A stretch of 64,000 bases of DNA from Nitrospirota bacterium (GTDB taxonomy: Bacteria; Nitrospirota; UBA9217), in NCBI GenBank assembly GCA_963749655.1, contig CAVVOB010000030.1, positions 1 to 64,000 on the forward strand, given 5' to 3'. Position numbers and translations under genes: made by a program. Position 1 is the stretch's first letter; every line of letters begins with the position of its first letter. The notes below the pieces were generated by a model. It was not told the origin of the DNA and did no database searches. It saw only the letters and a program-made list of their open reading frames with translations. Below are positions 1-9,478 of the stretch, one piece after another.

Positions 1-42
1 TGCAGTTCATCGTACCCTCTTTATATTGAAAGGAGTCAACAT

Positions 43-441
43 ATGCCGTCCACCCGCAGTACACTATTTCTGCCGCTCGCTATTTCCATTCTCGTTCTCC
101 TCATCGCTTCAGGAACGATATCGGCCCAGGTCCCGCTGCGGTCGTACGATACGACACTTAAGAACATGTTCGACGCAATTCAGTCGAAATCGTACGACAA
201 GTTCATGGTTGATGCCGATGAGCGGTTCAAGTCCGGTTTCACCCCCAAGATGTTCGAAGAACTGGCCCGGCAGCTCGGGCCGAAGCTGAAAAAGGGCTAT
301 GCCGTGGCGTTCCTGACGACGTTGTACCAGCAGGAATATATCGTCTACGTCTGGAAGCTTACCTTCAAGGACGTTAAAGATGATCTGCTTGTCACCCTGT
401 TTATCAAGGACGGAAACGTCAGCGGCCTGGTGACCCGCTGA
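43..441 (+). CDS. Secreted hypothetical protein (DUF3887-like small alpha/beta domain)
   Basis: AAGGAG RBS upstream; hydrophobic N-terminal signal ending ISA; 132 aa; family call tentative. Confidence 0.6.
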   Translation: MPSTRSTLFLPLAISILVLLIASGTISAQVPLRSYDTTLKNMFDAIQSKSYDKFMVDADERFKSGFTPKMFEELARQLGPKLKKGYAVAFLTTLYQQEYIVYVWKLTFKDVKDDLLVTLFIKDGNVSGLVTR

Positions 442-469
442 TTCCATACTCGAGACGAGGAAGGCGTCC

Positions 470-1426
470 ATGTCTGCTCTGATACGCATCTTCAAGGCAT
501 TGCTGGTCCTTGCGGTCCTGTTAGTGGTCGTGGCCGGGTTCATGATCGCTTTTTCCTGGGCGCCGGACAAAGCAGCTGAAGAGCTCATCGGCCGGTGGGC
601 GCCGCCGCCCTCGACCTTTGTGGACGTGAAGGGCCTGAAGGTGCATATGCGGGACGAGGGGCCCCGCAACGACCCGGCGCCGCTCGTTCTGATCCATGGG
701 ACTTCGGCCAGCCTGCATACCTGGGAAGGGTGGGTCGATGCGCTGAAAACAAGGCGGCGGGTGATCACCATGGACCTGCCGGACTTCGGCCTGACCGGTC
801 CGAACGCCCGGAACGACTACAGCAGCGATGCCTACAGGCAGTTCATTCTTGACCTGCTCGACACCCTGGGCGTGCAGCGCTGCGTTTTGGGAGGAAATTC
901 GCTCGGCGGAGACATCGCCTGGCACGTTGCCGTCGCATCGCCGTCGCGGGTGGAGAGGCTGATCCTCGTTGATTCCGGCGGCTATCCCCTGATCTCCCAG
1001 TCTATCCCGATCGTTTTTACGATTGCGAACACGCCGGTGCTGAACCAATTGATCCTCTATACACAGCCTCGCGGCATGGTCGCGTCGAGCCTGCGCGCGG
1101 TGTACGGAGATCCCTCCCGCGTGACGCCGCAGCTCGTGGACCGGTACGACCAGCTGACGCTGCGCCAGGGCAATCGGCGGGCGCTGCTGCGCCGGTTCCA
1201 GCAAATGGACTTCGGCGCCCAGGCCGGCCTCATCAGAACGATCAGACAGCCGACGCTCATTCTCTGGGGCGGCCGGGACAAGCTGATCCCCCCCGACGAC
1301 GCCCGCAGGTTTCAAAGCGACATTGCGAACAGCCGGCTGGTGATATTCGACGGCCTGGGACACGTGCCCCAGGAGGAAGATCCGGGCCGGACCGCGGCCG
1401 AGGTGATCTCATTTTTAGAGCAGTAA
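470..1426 (+). CDS. Alpha/beta-fold hydrolase, N-terminally anchored
   Basis: LIHG oxyanion motif, GNSLGG nucleophile elbow, WGGRD acid, GHVPQEE catalytic His. Confidence 0.9.
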   Translation: MSALIRIFKALLVLAVLLVVVAGFMIAFSWAPDKAAEELIGRWAPPPSTFVDVKGLKVHMRDEGPRNDPAPLVLIHGTSASLHTWEGWVDALKTRRRVITMDLPDFGLTGPNARNDYSSDAYRQFILDLLDTLGVQRCVLGGNSLGGDIAWHVAVASPSRVERLILVDSGGYPLISQSIPIVFTIANTPVLNQLILYTQPRGMVASSLRAVYGDPSRVTPQLVDRYDQLTLRQGNRRALLRRFQQMDFGAQAGLIRTIRQPTLILWGGRDKLIPPDDARRFQSDIANSRLVIFDGLGHVPQEEDPGRTAAEVISFLEQ

Positions 1427-1448
1427 GAGCGTGAAATACGCAAAAAGG

Positions 1449-1530
1449 CAGGACAGGAACCGACTGCCCGACGGGGTTACCGGATAACATCAGGATAAAA
1501 ACCTGCAAGTCGATCCTGTGAGCCCTGTTG
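1449..1530. repeat. Degenerate inverted repeat of the (A)CAGGA.../...TCCTGT type
   Basis: caggacaggaa...caggat versus atcctgt...ccctgt just downstream of the hydrolase. Confidence 0.35.
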
Positions 1531-1579
1531 TCTTGACAATATATCCGCCTCCCGCGCAGGACTCCGGAATGATGATGGT

Positions 1580-1807
1580 ATGAAACGGTGATGCCTGGAC
1601 CGGGAGGCAACGAAACGCCTGCAGGACGACAGGCGGACGCGCGTTCCTTCACTGGACCTCGTATGGAAGGCGGCCGGGGAAAAAGCCCGCGCCTTGAACA
1701 TGAGCGACTACGGCGTGCTGGTCGTCAGGGATCGGGAGGGCGATTTCCTCGTTTTCGTCGAGGAGCAGAGCCCCGAGAAGATGTATACGCAGTGGGAGTG
1801 CCGGTAG
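1580..1807 (+). CDS. Putative 75-aa selenoprotein (M-K-R-U-C...), not in ORF track
   Basis: ATG AAA CGG TGA TGC followed by an open frame with host-like codon usage to TAG at 1805-1807; fdhA in this window shows Sec use. Confidence 0.35.
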
Positions 1808-1878
1808 TGAAGGGATAAAACCGGGAGATGCGGTGAATCACGGATTCATCGGAACTTGACCGTGAAGACATTCCCGGT

Positions 1879-2253
1879 TCAGATCGTCCATCTCCTGTTG
1901 AAAGGCGCCATCTCTTTCAGCAGGGGGAGCACGAAAAGGTAAAGCAGCATGCCGACGACATCAGCTGCCAGGTCCAAGAGGGAAGACGAGCGGTAGACCA
2001 GGAAATGCTGCACGATCTCGATTGCACAGCCGTAGGCGAAGAGGGTAACAAGCTTCGGCGCGCGGAATCCGGTCTTCGGCCACGAAAAGTCGACAAGAAA
2101 GGCCAGCGTGAAAAACGCAGAGATATGTTCGATCTTGTCGTTCACATTCCGGACACCCGGAATGGACCTGCTGGTTACGGCGAGATAGGATATGGCGACC
2201 AGGGCTGCTGCCAGCAGCAGGCGATACCAGCGGGTGTCGTGTTGTGTCTGCAT
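1879..2253 (-). CDS. VanZ family membrane protein
   Basis: DKIEH...F, EIVQHF..YRSSSLLDLAAD motifs; GAAGGAG RBS before ATG at 2253. Confidence 0.8.
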   Translation of the reverse strand: MQTQHDTRWYRLLLAAALVAISYLAVTSRSIPGVRNVNDKIEHISAFFTLAFLVDFSWPKTGFRAPKLVTLFAYGCAIEIVQHFLVYRSSSLLDLAADVVGMLLYLFVLPLLKEMAPFNRRWTI

Positions 2254-2656
2254 GCACTGCTCCTTCACCCGGACGAGCCGGGATCCAAATACGGTTATCG
2301 TTTACAAATGCCTGCGTATAAACGCAAGTATTTCAAGGTCCGACTCCACGAGAGGGGGAAGAGTTCAAGTCGGGGACATGGATTATAATGCAGGGACAGG
2401 GTAACCTTTTCTGAGATCAATTCCGCAAAGCTCGCCAATGCATGTGAGAACGGGAGAGGGCCACGAGCTGCCTGCGGGATACTCTCTCCTCCCTGTCCTG
2501 TGCAATTTGCCGCGGGGAGTTTTTTCCAACACAGCTCCTGCCGGCCCATGATAAGCGAAGGGCGCTGCCGCAGTCAAGGGGTTCCTCATTTGCGCAGGAT
2601 TTTCCGGCTTTTCAGTTCCGGACATTTATGATAAGATAGAACCGCTCGGAGGACCT

Positions 2657-3316
2657 ATGATAAACGCCATTGCCGCAAGCGCAGTAAAAAGGGGAAGCCG
2701 GTTCGGAATGATCGCCGGACTGGCCTTTATGCTGCTCGCCCCTGCAGCCCGCGCCCAGTCCGTGCAGGACGTGGTCACGGGCATCGAGAACCACTACAAG
2801 AACGTATCGGACCTGACCGCCAAGGTGGATCAGAAAAACAACCTCAAAGCTATCGGGAAGACACAGACCTTCGCCGGCACGCTGTCCATCAAGAAACCGG
2901 GAAAGCTGCGGTTGGACTATACGAACGGCCAGATCATCCTCATCAACGGAAAGTCGGCGCTGTTCTACTCAAAAAAAAGCAATCAAGTCGTGAAGAAGGT
3001 TTTTACGGATTTTGAACACATGAATATCCCCGTGCTGTTCCTGCTCGGCGCCGCCCATATCCGCGATGATTTCGACGTGCTCCAGGCCGATCCCACGACG
3101 CCCCGCTCCCTTGAGCTGCTTCCCTTGAAATCAGGGGCCGCCATGAAAAAGCTGCTCCTCCGGTCCGACGAAGCGGGGCGGATCACGGCACTCGAGATCT
3201 TCGACCGGTCGGGGAACACGTCCGAGGTCCTCTTCTCGGACATCAGCGAGAACACCGGCCCAGACGACAAGGTCTTTCTCTTCACGCCCCCCAAGGGGAC
3301 GGAGATCATAGAATAA
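2657..3316 (+). CDS. lolA: Outer-membrane lipoprotein carrier protein LolA family
   Basis: Signal peptide; GTLSIKKPGKLRLDY motif; C-terminal FLFTPPKGTEII. Confidence 0.8.
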   Translation: MINAIAASAVKRGSRFGMIAGLAFMLLAPAARAQSVQDVVTGIENHYKNVSDLTAKVDQKNNLKAIGKTQTFAGTLSIKKPGKLRLDYTNGQIILINGKSALFYSKKSNQVVKKVFTDFEHMNIPVLFLLGAAHIRDDFDVLQADPTTPRSLELLPLKSGAAMKKLLLRSDEAGRITALEIFDRSGNTSEVLFSDISENTGPDDKVFLFTPPKGTEIIE

Positions 3317-3403
3317 CAGTCCCGGTTACGCCTGTCCTCGCAGGGCGGGCATTTTTCGTGATTCGATACTTGCAGCTTGAGTTTTTCTTCATGGAGGATT
3401 CCC

Positions 3404-3901
3404 ATGGCCGCTGAAAATTCATTCGATATCGTTTCAAAAATCAACATGTCCGAAGTCACGAACGCCGTGACGCAGGCGCTGAAGGAGATCGGTCAGCGCT
3501 TCGATTTCAAGGGCAGCAAGTCGAGCATCACCGAGGAAAAGGACGGGCTCGTCATCGTCTCCGACGACGAGTACAAGCTGAAAAGCGTTATCGACATTCT
3601 GCAGGGCAAGCTCGTGAAACGCGGAGTGCCGGTCAAGAATTTATCCTACGGCAAGATGGAAGCGGCCCTGGCCGGCACAGTCCGCCAGCGTCTGACGCTT
3701 CAACAGGGGATCCCCACGGAGAAGGCCAAGGAGATCGTAAAGGCGATCAAGGATTCCAAGATCAAGGTCCAGGCGTCGATCCAGGCGGACCAGGTGCGCG
3801 TATCGGGCAAGAACCGGGACGACCTCCAGACCGTGATCCAGCTGCTCAAGGGGAAGGACTTCGGCATCGAACTTCAATTCGACAATTACCGGAGCAATTG
3901 A
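3404..3901 (+). CDS. yajQ: YajQ family nucleotide (c-di-GMP)-binding protein
   Basis: [44 protein letters not shown]; GGAGG RBS. Confidence 0.95.
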   Translation: MAAENSFDIVSKINMSEVTNAVTQALKEIGQRFDFKGSKSSITEEKDGLVIVSDDEYKLKSVIDILQGKLVKRGVPVKNLSYGKMEAALAGTVRQRLTLQQGIPTEKAKEIVKAIKDSKIKVQASIQADQVRVSGKNRDDLQTVIQLLKGKDFGIELQFDNYRSN

Positions 3902-4030
3902 GTGAATTGCGGAAGAGCGGCCGGTCTTATGGATCGTGCTGCCATTGCCGCGCTGTCTGTCCCCCTCACTTGCGGGAGCCCCCCTTCTCTAACTTCCGAT
4001 GCCCCCGTTCGCCTAACCAATGAATTAACC

Positions 4031-4058
4031 TTGCATTTATCGCCCAAACTGATATAAT
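4031..4058 (+). promoter_or_regulatory. Sigma70-like promoter of chemosensory operon
   Basis: TTGCAT-16 nt-TATAAT about 30 nt upstream of ATG 4089. Confidence 0.5.
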
Positions 4059-4088
4059 TTCGTCGATTATGCTCAGTAGGGAGATTGC

Positions 4089-5280
4089 ATGAGTCTTGTC
4101 GGCAGACTGGAAGATCTCGCGCTACCCGATATCTTCCAGATCATCAGTTTGAGTAAAAAAACAGGCACTCTCGTGGTGCGAAGCCGTAAAGGCACGGGCA
4201 TGGTCGTTTTCAAGAACGGCCAGGTGATCCAGGCCGCGAGCGACAACATCCGCGACTCCCTCGGCAATATCCTCGTATCTCAGGGCATGCTTGACGAAGC
4301 AGTTCTGTCGCGCGCGCTGGCGCTCCAAAAGAGGCAGCCCGACACGCCGCTCGGCATGATCCTGGTCGAGATGGGCTCGGTATCAACCCAGACCATCGAA
4401 ACCGTCATCCGCAAGCAGATCGAGGAGATCATCTACGATCTCCTGGCCTGGGAGGAGGGCTTCTTCAACTTCGAGCTCGGCGAGATCGCTCCCAAGGACA
4501 AGATCGAGATCGACACGCAGGAGTTCCTCCTGAAGTCGGGTATCAGCGCCGAATACCTGCTCATGGAGGGGACCAGGATCCTCGATGAAAAACGCAGCAA
4601 GGACGGCAAGCGTGCGCCTGCGCCGCCCCGGCACGCCCCGGCCCCGCCCGCGGCGGCCCCCGCGCCCCCGTCGAAGCCGCCGGCCGCCCAGCATGTCAGC
4701 TATGAGCCGGCCAAGGAAGAGTTCCGCACCCGCATCGAGAAGGAGGAGCCGCGGCGCGAGATCACGGCACTCAAATCGATGTTCGACGAGCTTCGCTTCC
4801 CGACCGCCACGGCGGAGGTGACGCTGCTCATCCTGCGGTATGCCAGCGAAGTCGTGAACCGCGCCGTGCTGTTCATGGTGAAAAAAGACGAAGTCCGCGG
4901 TTTGGGGCAGTTCGGCATCGAGCTGAAGGGAAAATCGGCGGACCAGGTGGTGAGAAACATCAAGCTCCCGCTGGACAAGCAGTCGGTGTTCCTCACGGTG
5001 GTCGAGACCCGCCGCACCTATATCGGGCCGCTCGAAACGAATGAATGCAACACCTATCTTGCGACCGAGCTCGGCGGCGCCGTGCCCGGACAGGTGATGG
5101 CGATCCCGCTCATCGTGGACGGCAAGCTCGCGCTCGTGGTATACGGCGACAACCTCCCCGAGCAGAAATCGATTACCGGCATCGACACCCTAAGATATCT
5201 TCATGAACCAGGCAGGCATGGCACTGGAAAAGGCCCTCCTTGAAAAACGCATCGCCGAACTGCAGAAGGAGAGAAAATGA
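4089..5280 (+). CDS. DUF4388 domain + GAF-like domain protein (apparent +1 frameshift near 5192)
   Basis: MSLVGRLEDLALPDIFQIISLSKKTGTL N-terminus; Pro/Ala linker; removing one base restores ...IFMNQAGMALEKALLEKRIAELQKERK, ending in an ATGA overlap with cheY. Confidence 0.8.
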
Positions 5281-5648
5281 AAAATGTCCTTGTCGTCGAG
5301 GATTCCAAGGCCATCCGGTCCATGATCAGGGTGGCGCTCGAGGAGATCGGCGGGTTTTTTGTAGTGGAGGCCGGCAACGGGTTCGAGGCCCTCAAGACGC
5401 TGCCGAGCAGGCCCTTTGAACTCATCATCACCGACATCAATATGCCCGACATCAACGGCCTGGAGCTCATCGGGTACGTCAAGTCCAATCCCACCTATCG
5501 CGGCACGCCGCTCATCATCGTCAGCACGGAAAAATCGGAGGAAGACAAGAAGCGCGGGCTGGCGCTCGGCGCCGCGGGGTACATCATCAAACCCTTTAAG
5601 AAGGAAGACCTCGTGGCCATGGTCATGCAGGTCGTGGGGGGGAAGTAA
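5277..5648 (+). CDS. cheY: CheY-like single-domain response regulator
   Basis: VVED, ITDINMP phosphoacceptor, ST, KPF. Confidence 0.85.
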   Translation: MKNVLVVEDSKAIRSMIRVALEEIGGFFVVEAGNGFEALKTLPSRPFELIITDINMPDINGLELIGYVKSNPTYRGTPLIIVSTEKSEEDKKRGLALGAAGYIIKPFKKEDLVAMVMQVVGGK

Positions 5649-5652
5649 CGGT

Positions 5653-5755
5653 ATTGCGGATTGTAGATTTCGAATTGCGGAATGAAAATCGGGGTCAGTG
5701 TGCCGGTATTTAAGCGGTTTCACAAATCCGAAATCCGCAATTCACAATTCGAAAT
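5653..5755. repeat. Heptamer-periodic inverted repeat (ATTGCGG-type)
   Basis: attgcgg attgtag atttcga attgcgg ... tccgaaa tccgcaa ttcacaa ttcgaaa between cheY and cheA. Confidence 0.85.
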
Positions 5756-5761
5756 TTTATT

Positions 5762-7765
5762 ATGGCTAAATCCGACCGCTCCATAAAAGATTTTCTCGCA
5801 GAGGCCGAGGACATCCTGGAAGCCGCGAACCAGTCGCTGCTTGCGCTCGATGCGGCCGAGGCCGAGGGCAGGAGCGACCCGGACCAGGTGAATACCCTGT
5901 TCCGCGCCGTGCATTCCTTCAAGGGCCTGGCGGGCATGTTCGACCTGAAGGAGCCCCAGGAGCTTTCCCACAAGCTTGAATTTCTGCTCGACGAACTCCG
6001 CTTGGGCAAAGTGGCCCTGGGCCGCGACGTTCTCAACGTTCTCGGAGAAACGGTGGACCAGCTGGGCCTGCAGGTGCAGCAGGCGGGCAAGGGCAGGCCT
6101 TTCGACGACGTCTCGGCGGCCGTCGTGCGCATCGAGAACGTGCTCAAGGCGGCGCCGGCTGCGGCGTCGGGCAGGGACCTCGCCGAACAGATCAATCTCG
6201 ACCGAGGCATCCTGCAGGTCCTGACGGAATACGAGGAGCATCGGCTCCGCGAGTGCGTCCGTGCGCGGAAGAACCTTTTCCTCCTCAAGGTCGAGTTCGA
6301 CCTCGCATCGTTCGAGCCGGGCATCAAGGAGCTCAACGCGGCGCTGAAGAAGATCGGCGAGATCATCTGTACCCTGCCGACCGCCGGCGGCGGGGCGGGG
6401 ATCAGTTTTTCCATCGTCCTCGGTACGACCGAGAGCCGGGAAGCGGTTGCGTCAACGGTCACGACTCCTCACGCGACGATCGAGCCTGTCGAATATGCCG
6501 ACGGTCGGCGGTCGGAGGAGTCGAGAGCGGAGGCCGGCGCTCTCAAATCCGTGAGCAACACGGTGCGGGTGGACATCTTCCGCCTCGACAGCCTCATGAA
6601 CATCGTGGGCGAAATGCACATGATCAAAAACGTCGTAGGAAGGATCGTGAGGGAGCTGCGGTCCATCGAGGGGGTCGGCGCCCTGTCCTCTGACCTGCAC
6701 AAGGCCCAGCGTGCCATGGAGAGAAGGCTCAATGATCTTCAGGAAGGCATTCTCGATGTGAGGATGGTACCCGTGGGCCAGATTTTCACCCGTCTTTCCC
6801 AGGTCGTCCGGAGATACGTCCGGGAGGCGGGCAAGGAAATCGACCTTGAACTGCGGGGCGAAGAGACGGAGCTCGACAAGCTGATGATCGAAGACCTTGC
6901 AGACCCGCTCATGCACCTCATCAGGAACGCAATCGACCACGGGATCGAACCTCCCGAAATCCGCAAGGAGCGCGGCAAGCCCGAGCAGGGGCGAGTGGTC
7001 CTGAGCGCCTTTCCCAAGGGCAACCATGTGGTCATCACCGTCGAGGACGACGGCGCGGGCATCGATGCGGCCGACGTCCTTGCCAAGGCAGTCGAGAAGG
7101 GGCTGGTCCGGCCCGACCACGGACTGGACCTCCGGAACGACCGGAGGGAGATCCTGGAGCTGATATACCTGCCGGGATTTACGACCCGGGAAACCGTGAC
7201 CGAAATTTCCGGCCGCGGGGTGGGCATGGATGTCGTAAAGCGAAACGTTTCCAAGCTCTCCGGTATGATCGACATCCAGACCGAGCCCGGAGCCGGCACG
7301 GTCTTTACGCTGACGATCCCCATCACGCTCGCCATCATCAAGGCGCTGATCGTGGAAGCCGGCGGGCAGATCTTTGCGATACCGCTCAGCTCAGTGCTGG
7401 AGATCCAGCAGGCCGCCTCCGGGGACATTGAGACGGTCGAGGGCCGGGAGGTGAAGTCGGTCCGCGACGAGACCGTGCCGCTGCTGCGGATCACCCGGGT
7501 CTTTCATCTGGCCGAGCAGCGCGAGCGCGCCAGTTTCTACGTCATTCTCGTCGGCCTGGCCGAGCGCCGCGTCGGCATCATAGTCGACAGCCTGCGGGAC
7601 CAGCAGGAGATCGTGATCAAGCCTCTGGGCAAGCGGCTTTCCGACGTTCCGGGCATAGCCGGCGCAACCGAGCTCGGCGACCGCAGGGGCGTGGTGCTGG
7701 TCCTCGATGTGGAATCGCTCATCGAAGGGATGCTAAAGAAAACGGTCTTGTCGTCGATAAGATAG
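5762..7765 (+). CDS. cheA: Chemotaxis histidine kinase CheA
   Basis: Hpt FRAVHSFKG, HLIRNAIDHG, DDGAG, ISGRGVGMDVV, C-terminal CheW-like domain. Confidence 0.95.
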   Translation: MAKSDRSIKDFLAEAEDILEAANQSLLALDAAEAEGRSDPDQVNTLFRAVHSFKGLAGMFDLKEPQELSHKLEFLLDELRLGKVALGRDVLNVLGETVDQLGLQVQQAGKGRPFDDVSAAVVRIENVLKAAPAAASGRDLAEQINLDRGILQVLTEYEEHRLRECVRARKNLFLLKVEFDLASFEPGIKELNAALKKIGEIICTLPTAGGGAGISFSIVLGTTESREAVASTVTTPHATIEPVEYADGRRSEESRAEAGALKSVSNTVRVDIFRLDSLMNIVGEMHMIKNVVGRIVRELRSIEGVGALSSDLHKAQRAMERRLNDLQEGILDVRMVPVGQIFTRLSQVVRRYVREAGKEIDLELRGEETELDKLMIEDLADPLMHLIRNAIDHGIEPPEIRKERGKPEQGRVVLSAFPKGNHVVITVEDDGAGIDAADVLAKAVEKGLVRPDHGLDLRNDRREILELIYLPGFTTRETVTEISGRGVGMDVVKRNVSKLSGMIDIQTEPGAGTVFTLTIPITLAIIKALIVEAGGQIFAIPLSSVLEIQQAASGDIETVEGREVKSVRDETVPLLRITRVFHLAEQRERASFYVILVGLAERRVGIIVDSLRDQQEIVIKPLGKRLSDVPGIAGATELGDRRGVVLVLDVESLIEGMLKKTVLSSIR

Positions 7766-7815
7766 GGGTACGACCGGGGCGCCCGCAGGGGGGGCACGGT
7801 GACTCGGGGGGGGTT

Positions 7816-8610
7816 GTGTACGAGGAATTCTACAGCCTGACGGAAAAACCATTCAACAAGACGCCTGACCCGCGATTCCTCTACCAGAGCCGGAAGCATG
7901 CTGAAGCGCTTGCACGGATCCAGCATGCCGTCGAAGAGCAGGACATCGTGCTGCTGACCGGCGAGATCGGGTCGGGGAAAACAACGCTCTCCCGGGCATT
8001 CATCGATTCTCTTGACAACAGCTATCATCCTGCGCTGATCATCAACCCCCGTTTTTCGCCGGCGCAGCTCCTGCATACGGTCGCGCTGCGTCTCGGTATG
8101 GACCATACGCCGCGGCATCGGCACGAGCTCCTGGAAGGGATCAATGCCAAGCTCTTTGAACTTTACGAAGCCTCGCGTCGCCCGGTGATCATCATCGACG
8201 AGGCCCAGCTCATTCCCGGCAAGTCGACCTTCGAAGAGCTGAGGCTGCTCACCAATTTCCAGCTGGACGACAGAAATCTCCTGGCGATCGTGCTGATCGG
8301 CCAGACTGAGCTGCGCGAGCGCCTGAACCGCAAACCGTACCGTGCCCTCCGGCAGCGCATCGGGATGCAGTATCACCTGGGCGCGCTCGATCGCGACGAT
8401 ACGGAGTCCTATGTCGTTCACCGGCTCCGGGTGGCGGGAAGGATGGCACCTCTGTTCGACGCAGCCGCCCTTTCGCTCATCTATGAGCATTCCGGCGGCA
8501 TTCCGCGCCGCATCAACATTATCGCGGGAAATGCTCTGGTCGAAGGGTTCGGGAGAGGGGTTTCGACCATAGGACCGGAGATCATCGAAAGCGTGGTCAA
8601 CGACTCATAG
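7816..8610 (+). CDS. ExeA/GspA-type AAA+ ATPase
   Basis: YEEFYSLTEKPF..TPDP, Walker A GEIGSGKT, IIDEAQ, GGIPRRIN. Confidence 0.9.
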   Translation: MYEEFYSLTEKPFNKTPDPRFLYQSRKHAEALARIQHAVEEQDIVLLTGEIGSGKTTLSRAFIDSLDNSYHPALIINPRFSPAQLLHTVALRLGMDHTPRHRHELLEGINAKLFELYEASRRPVIIIDEAQLIPGKSTFEELRLLTNFQLDDRNLLAIVLIGQTELRERLNRKPYRALRQRIGMQYHLGALDRDDTESYVVHRLRVAGRMAPLFDAAALSLIYEHSGGIPRRINIIAGNALVEGFGRGVSTIGPEIIESVVNDS

Positions 8611-8694
8611 GCAGAGAGCAGAGAGCAGAGAGCAGAGAGCAGAGAGCAGAGAGCAGAGAATCCTCCCCTCTGCGCCATGCCTTATGCGCTTTGC
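8611..8694. repeat. Heptamer-periodic inverted repeat: (GCAGAGA)x7 plus degenerate complementary arm
   Basis: Seven perfect copies at 8611-8659; cctctgc gccatgc cttatgc gctttgc at 8667-8694. Confidence 0.9.
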
Positions 8695-8722
8695 ATGTTT
8701 TTGTAACAGGAGTCAATGCGAT

Positions 8723-9370
8723 ATGGATATTCTGGCAGCCCGAAAAAAGGCGGCTGAAAAAGCGCGTTCTCAGAAAAGCCCGGAAACCGCGGCGACTGAG
8801 GCGACCGTCTCCGCTCCGGACACGGGCGCTCCGACGCTTCGGGCTGACGAGCAGGTTCCGGCTCCGCCTGCAGCAGGGACGTCCGCGGACAACGCGCCGG
8901 AGGAGGCCGATGGGCTCGGGACCGGAGATACTGCGGCTGAGCAGGCGCCGCTTGAAGAGGTTGAGCTGTTGTCCTTCCGCCTCGGCGACGAGCACTATGC
9001 CGTGATGGTCGACGATGTGCGGGAGGTCCTCAAGCCCCGCGATCTCACGCCGGTGCCGAATACGCCGGATTATGTGCTGGGCGTCACATCGCTCCGGGGC
9101 ACGATGCTGCCGGTCGTCGATCTGTGCATTCGCCTCGGTCTGGCGCCGGGCGTCCGTGACGAGAAATCACGGATCATTGTGATCAGTCCCGACGAGGAGG
9201 ATGTAGGACTTCTGGCTGACCGGGTAACCGGGGTGTTCCGGGTGTCGCCCGATGCCGTCAAGCCGGCTCCGGAAAACATCGAGCAGGGCGCCGAGTTTCT
9301 GCGGGGCATCGTGCGCAAGGACGACAGGCTGTTTATCCTGCTCGACGTAGGGAAAATAACGGGGGTATAA
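8723..9370 (+). CDS. cheW: CheW with disordered N-terminal extension
   Basis: LLSFRLGDEHYA, VPNTPDYVLGVTSLRGTMLPVVDL; AGGAG RBS favours ATG 8723. Confidence 0.9.
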   Translation: MDILAARKKAAEKARSQKSPETAATEATVSAPDTGAPTLRADEQVPAPPAAGTSADNAPEEADGLGTGDTAAEQAPLEEVELLSFRLGDEHYAVMVDDVREVLKPRDLTPVPNTPDYVLGVTSLRGTMLPVVDLCIRLGLAPGVRDEKSRIIVISPDEEDVGLLADRVTGVFRVSPDAVKPAPENIEQGAEFLRGIVRKDDRLFILLDVGKITGV

Positions 9371-9459
9371 ATTGCAGATTGCGGATTGCGAATTGCGGAC
9401 CACGCACCGGAGGCGTACAATCGTTCGCGGCCGACATTTGCAGCCCGAAATCTACAATT
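9370..9459. repeat. Heptamer-periodic inverted repeat (ATTGCGG-type)
   Basis: attgcag attgcgg attgcga attgcgg ... cccgaaa tctacaa t. Confidence 0.75.
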
Positions 9460-9478
9460 GAGAAGGAGGTATAAGACA

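Noticed and set aside
1588-1818. ORF-track 76-aa protein MMPGPGG...
   Set aside because: Arg/Gly-rich off-frame composition; the overlapping frame 1580-1807 looks more protein-like
8611-8659. CRISPR array or simple microsatellite interpretation of the short repeats
   Set aside because: Units are 7 nt with no unique spacers, no cas genes are present, and most tracts have an inverted partner arm
9386-9478. Upstream extensions of ORFs through repeat elements (also 8684, 18321, 23412, 28090, 35861, 58986)
   Set aside because: The extensions translate repeat or intergenic sequence; better RBS-linked starts lie downstream
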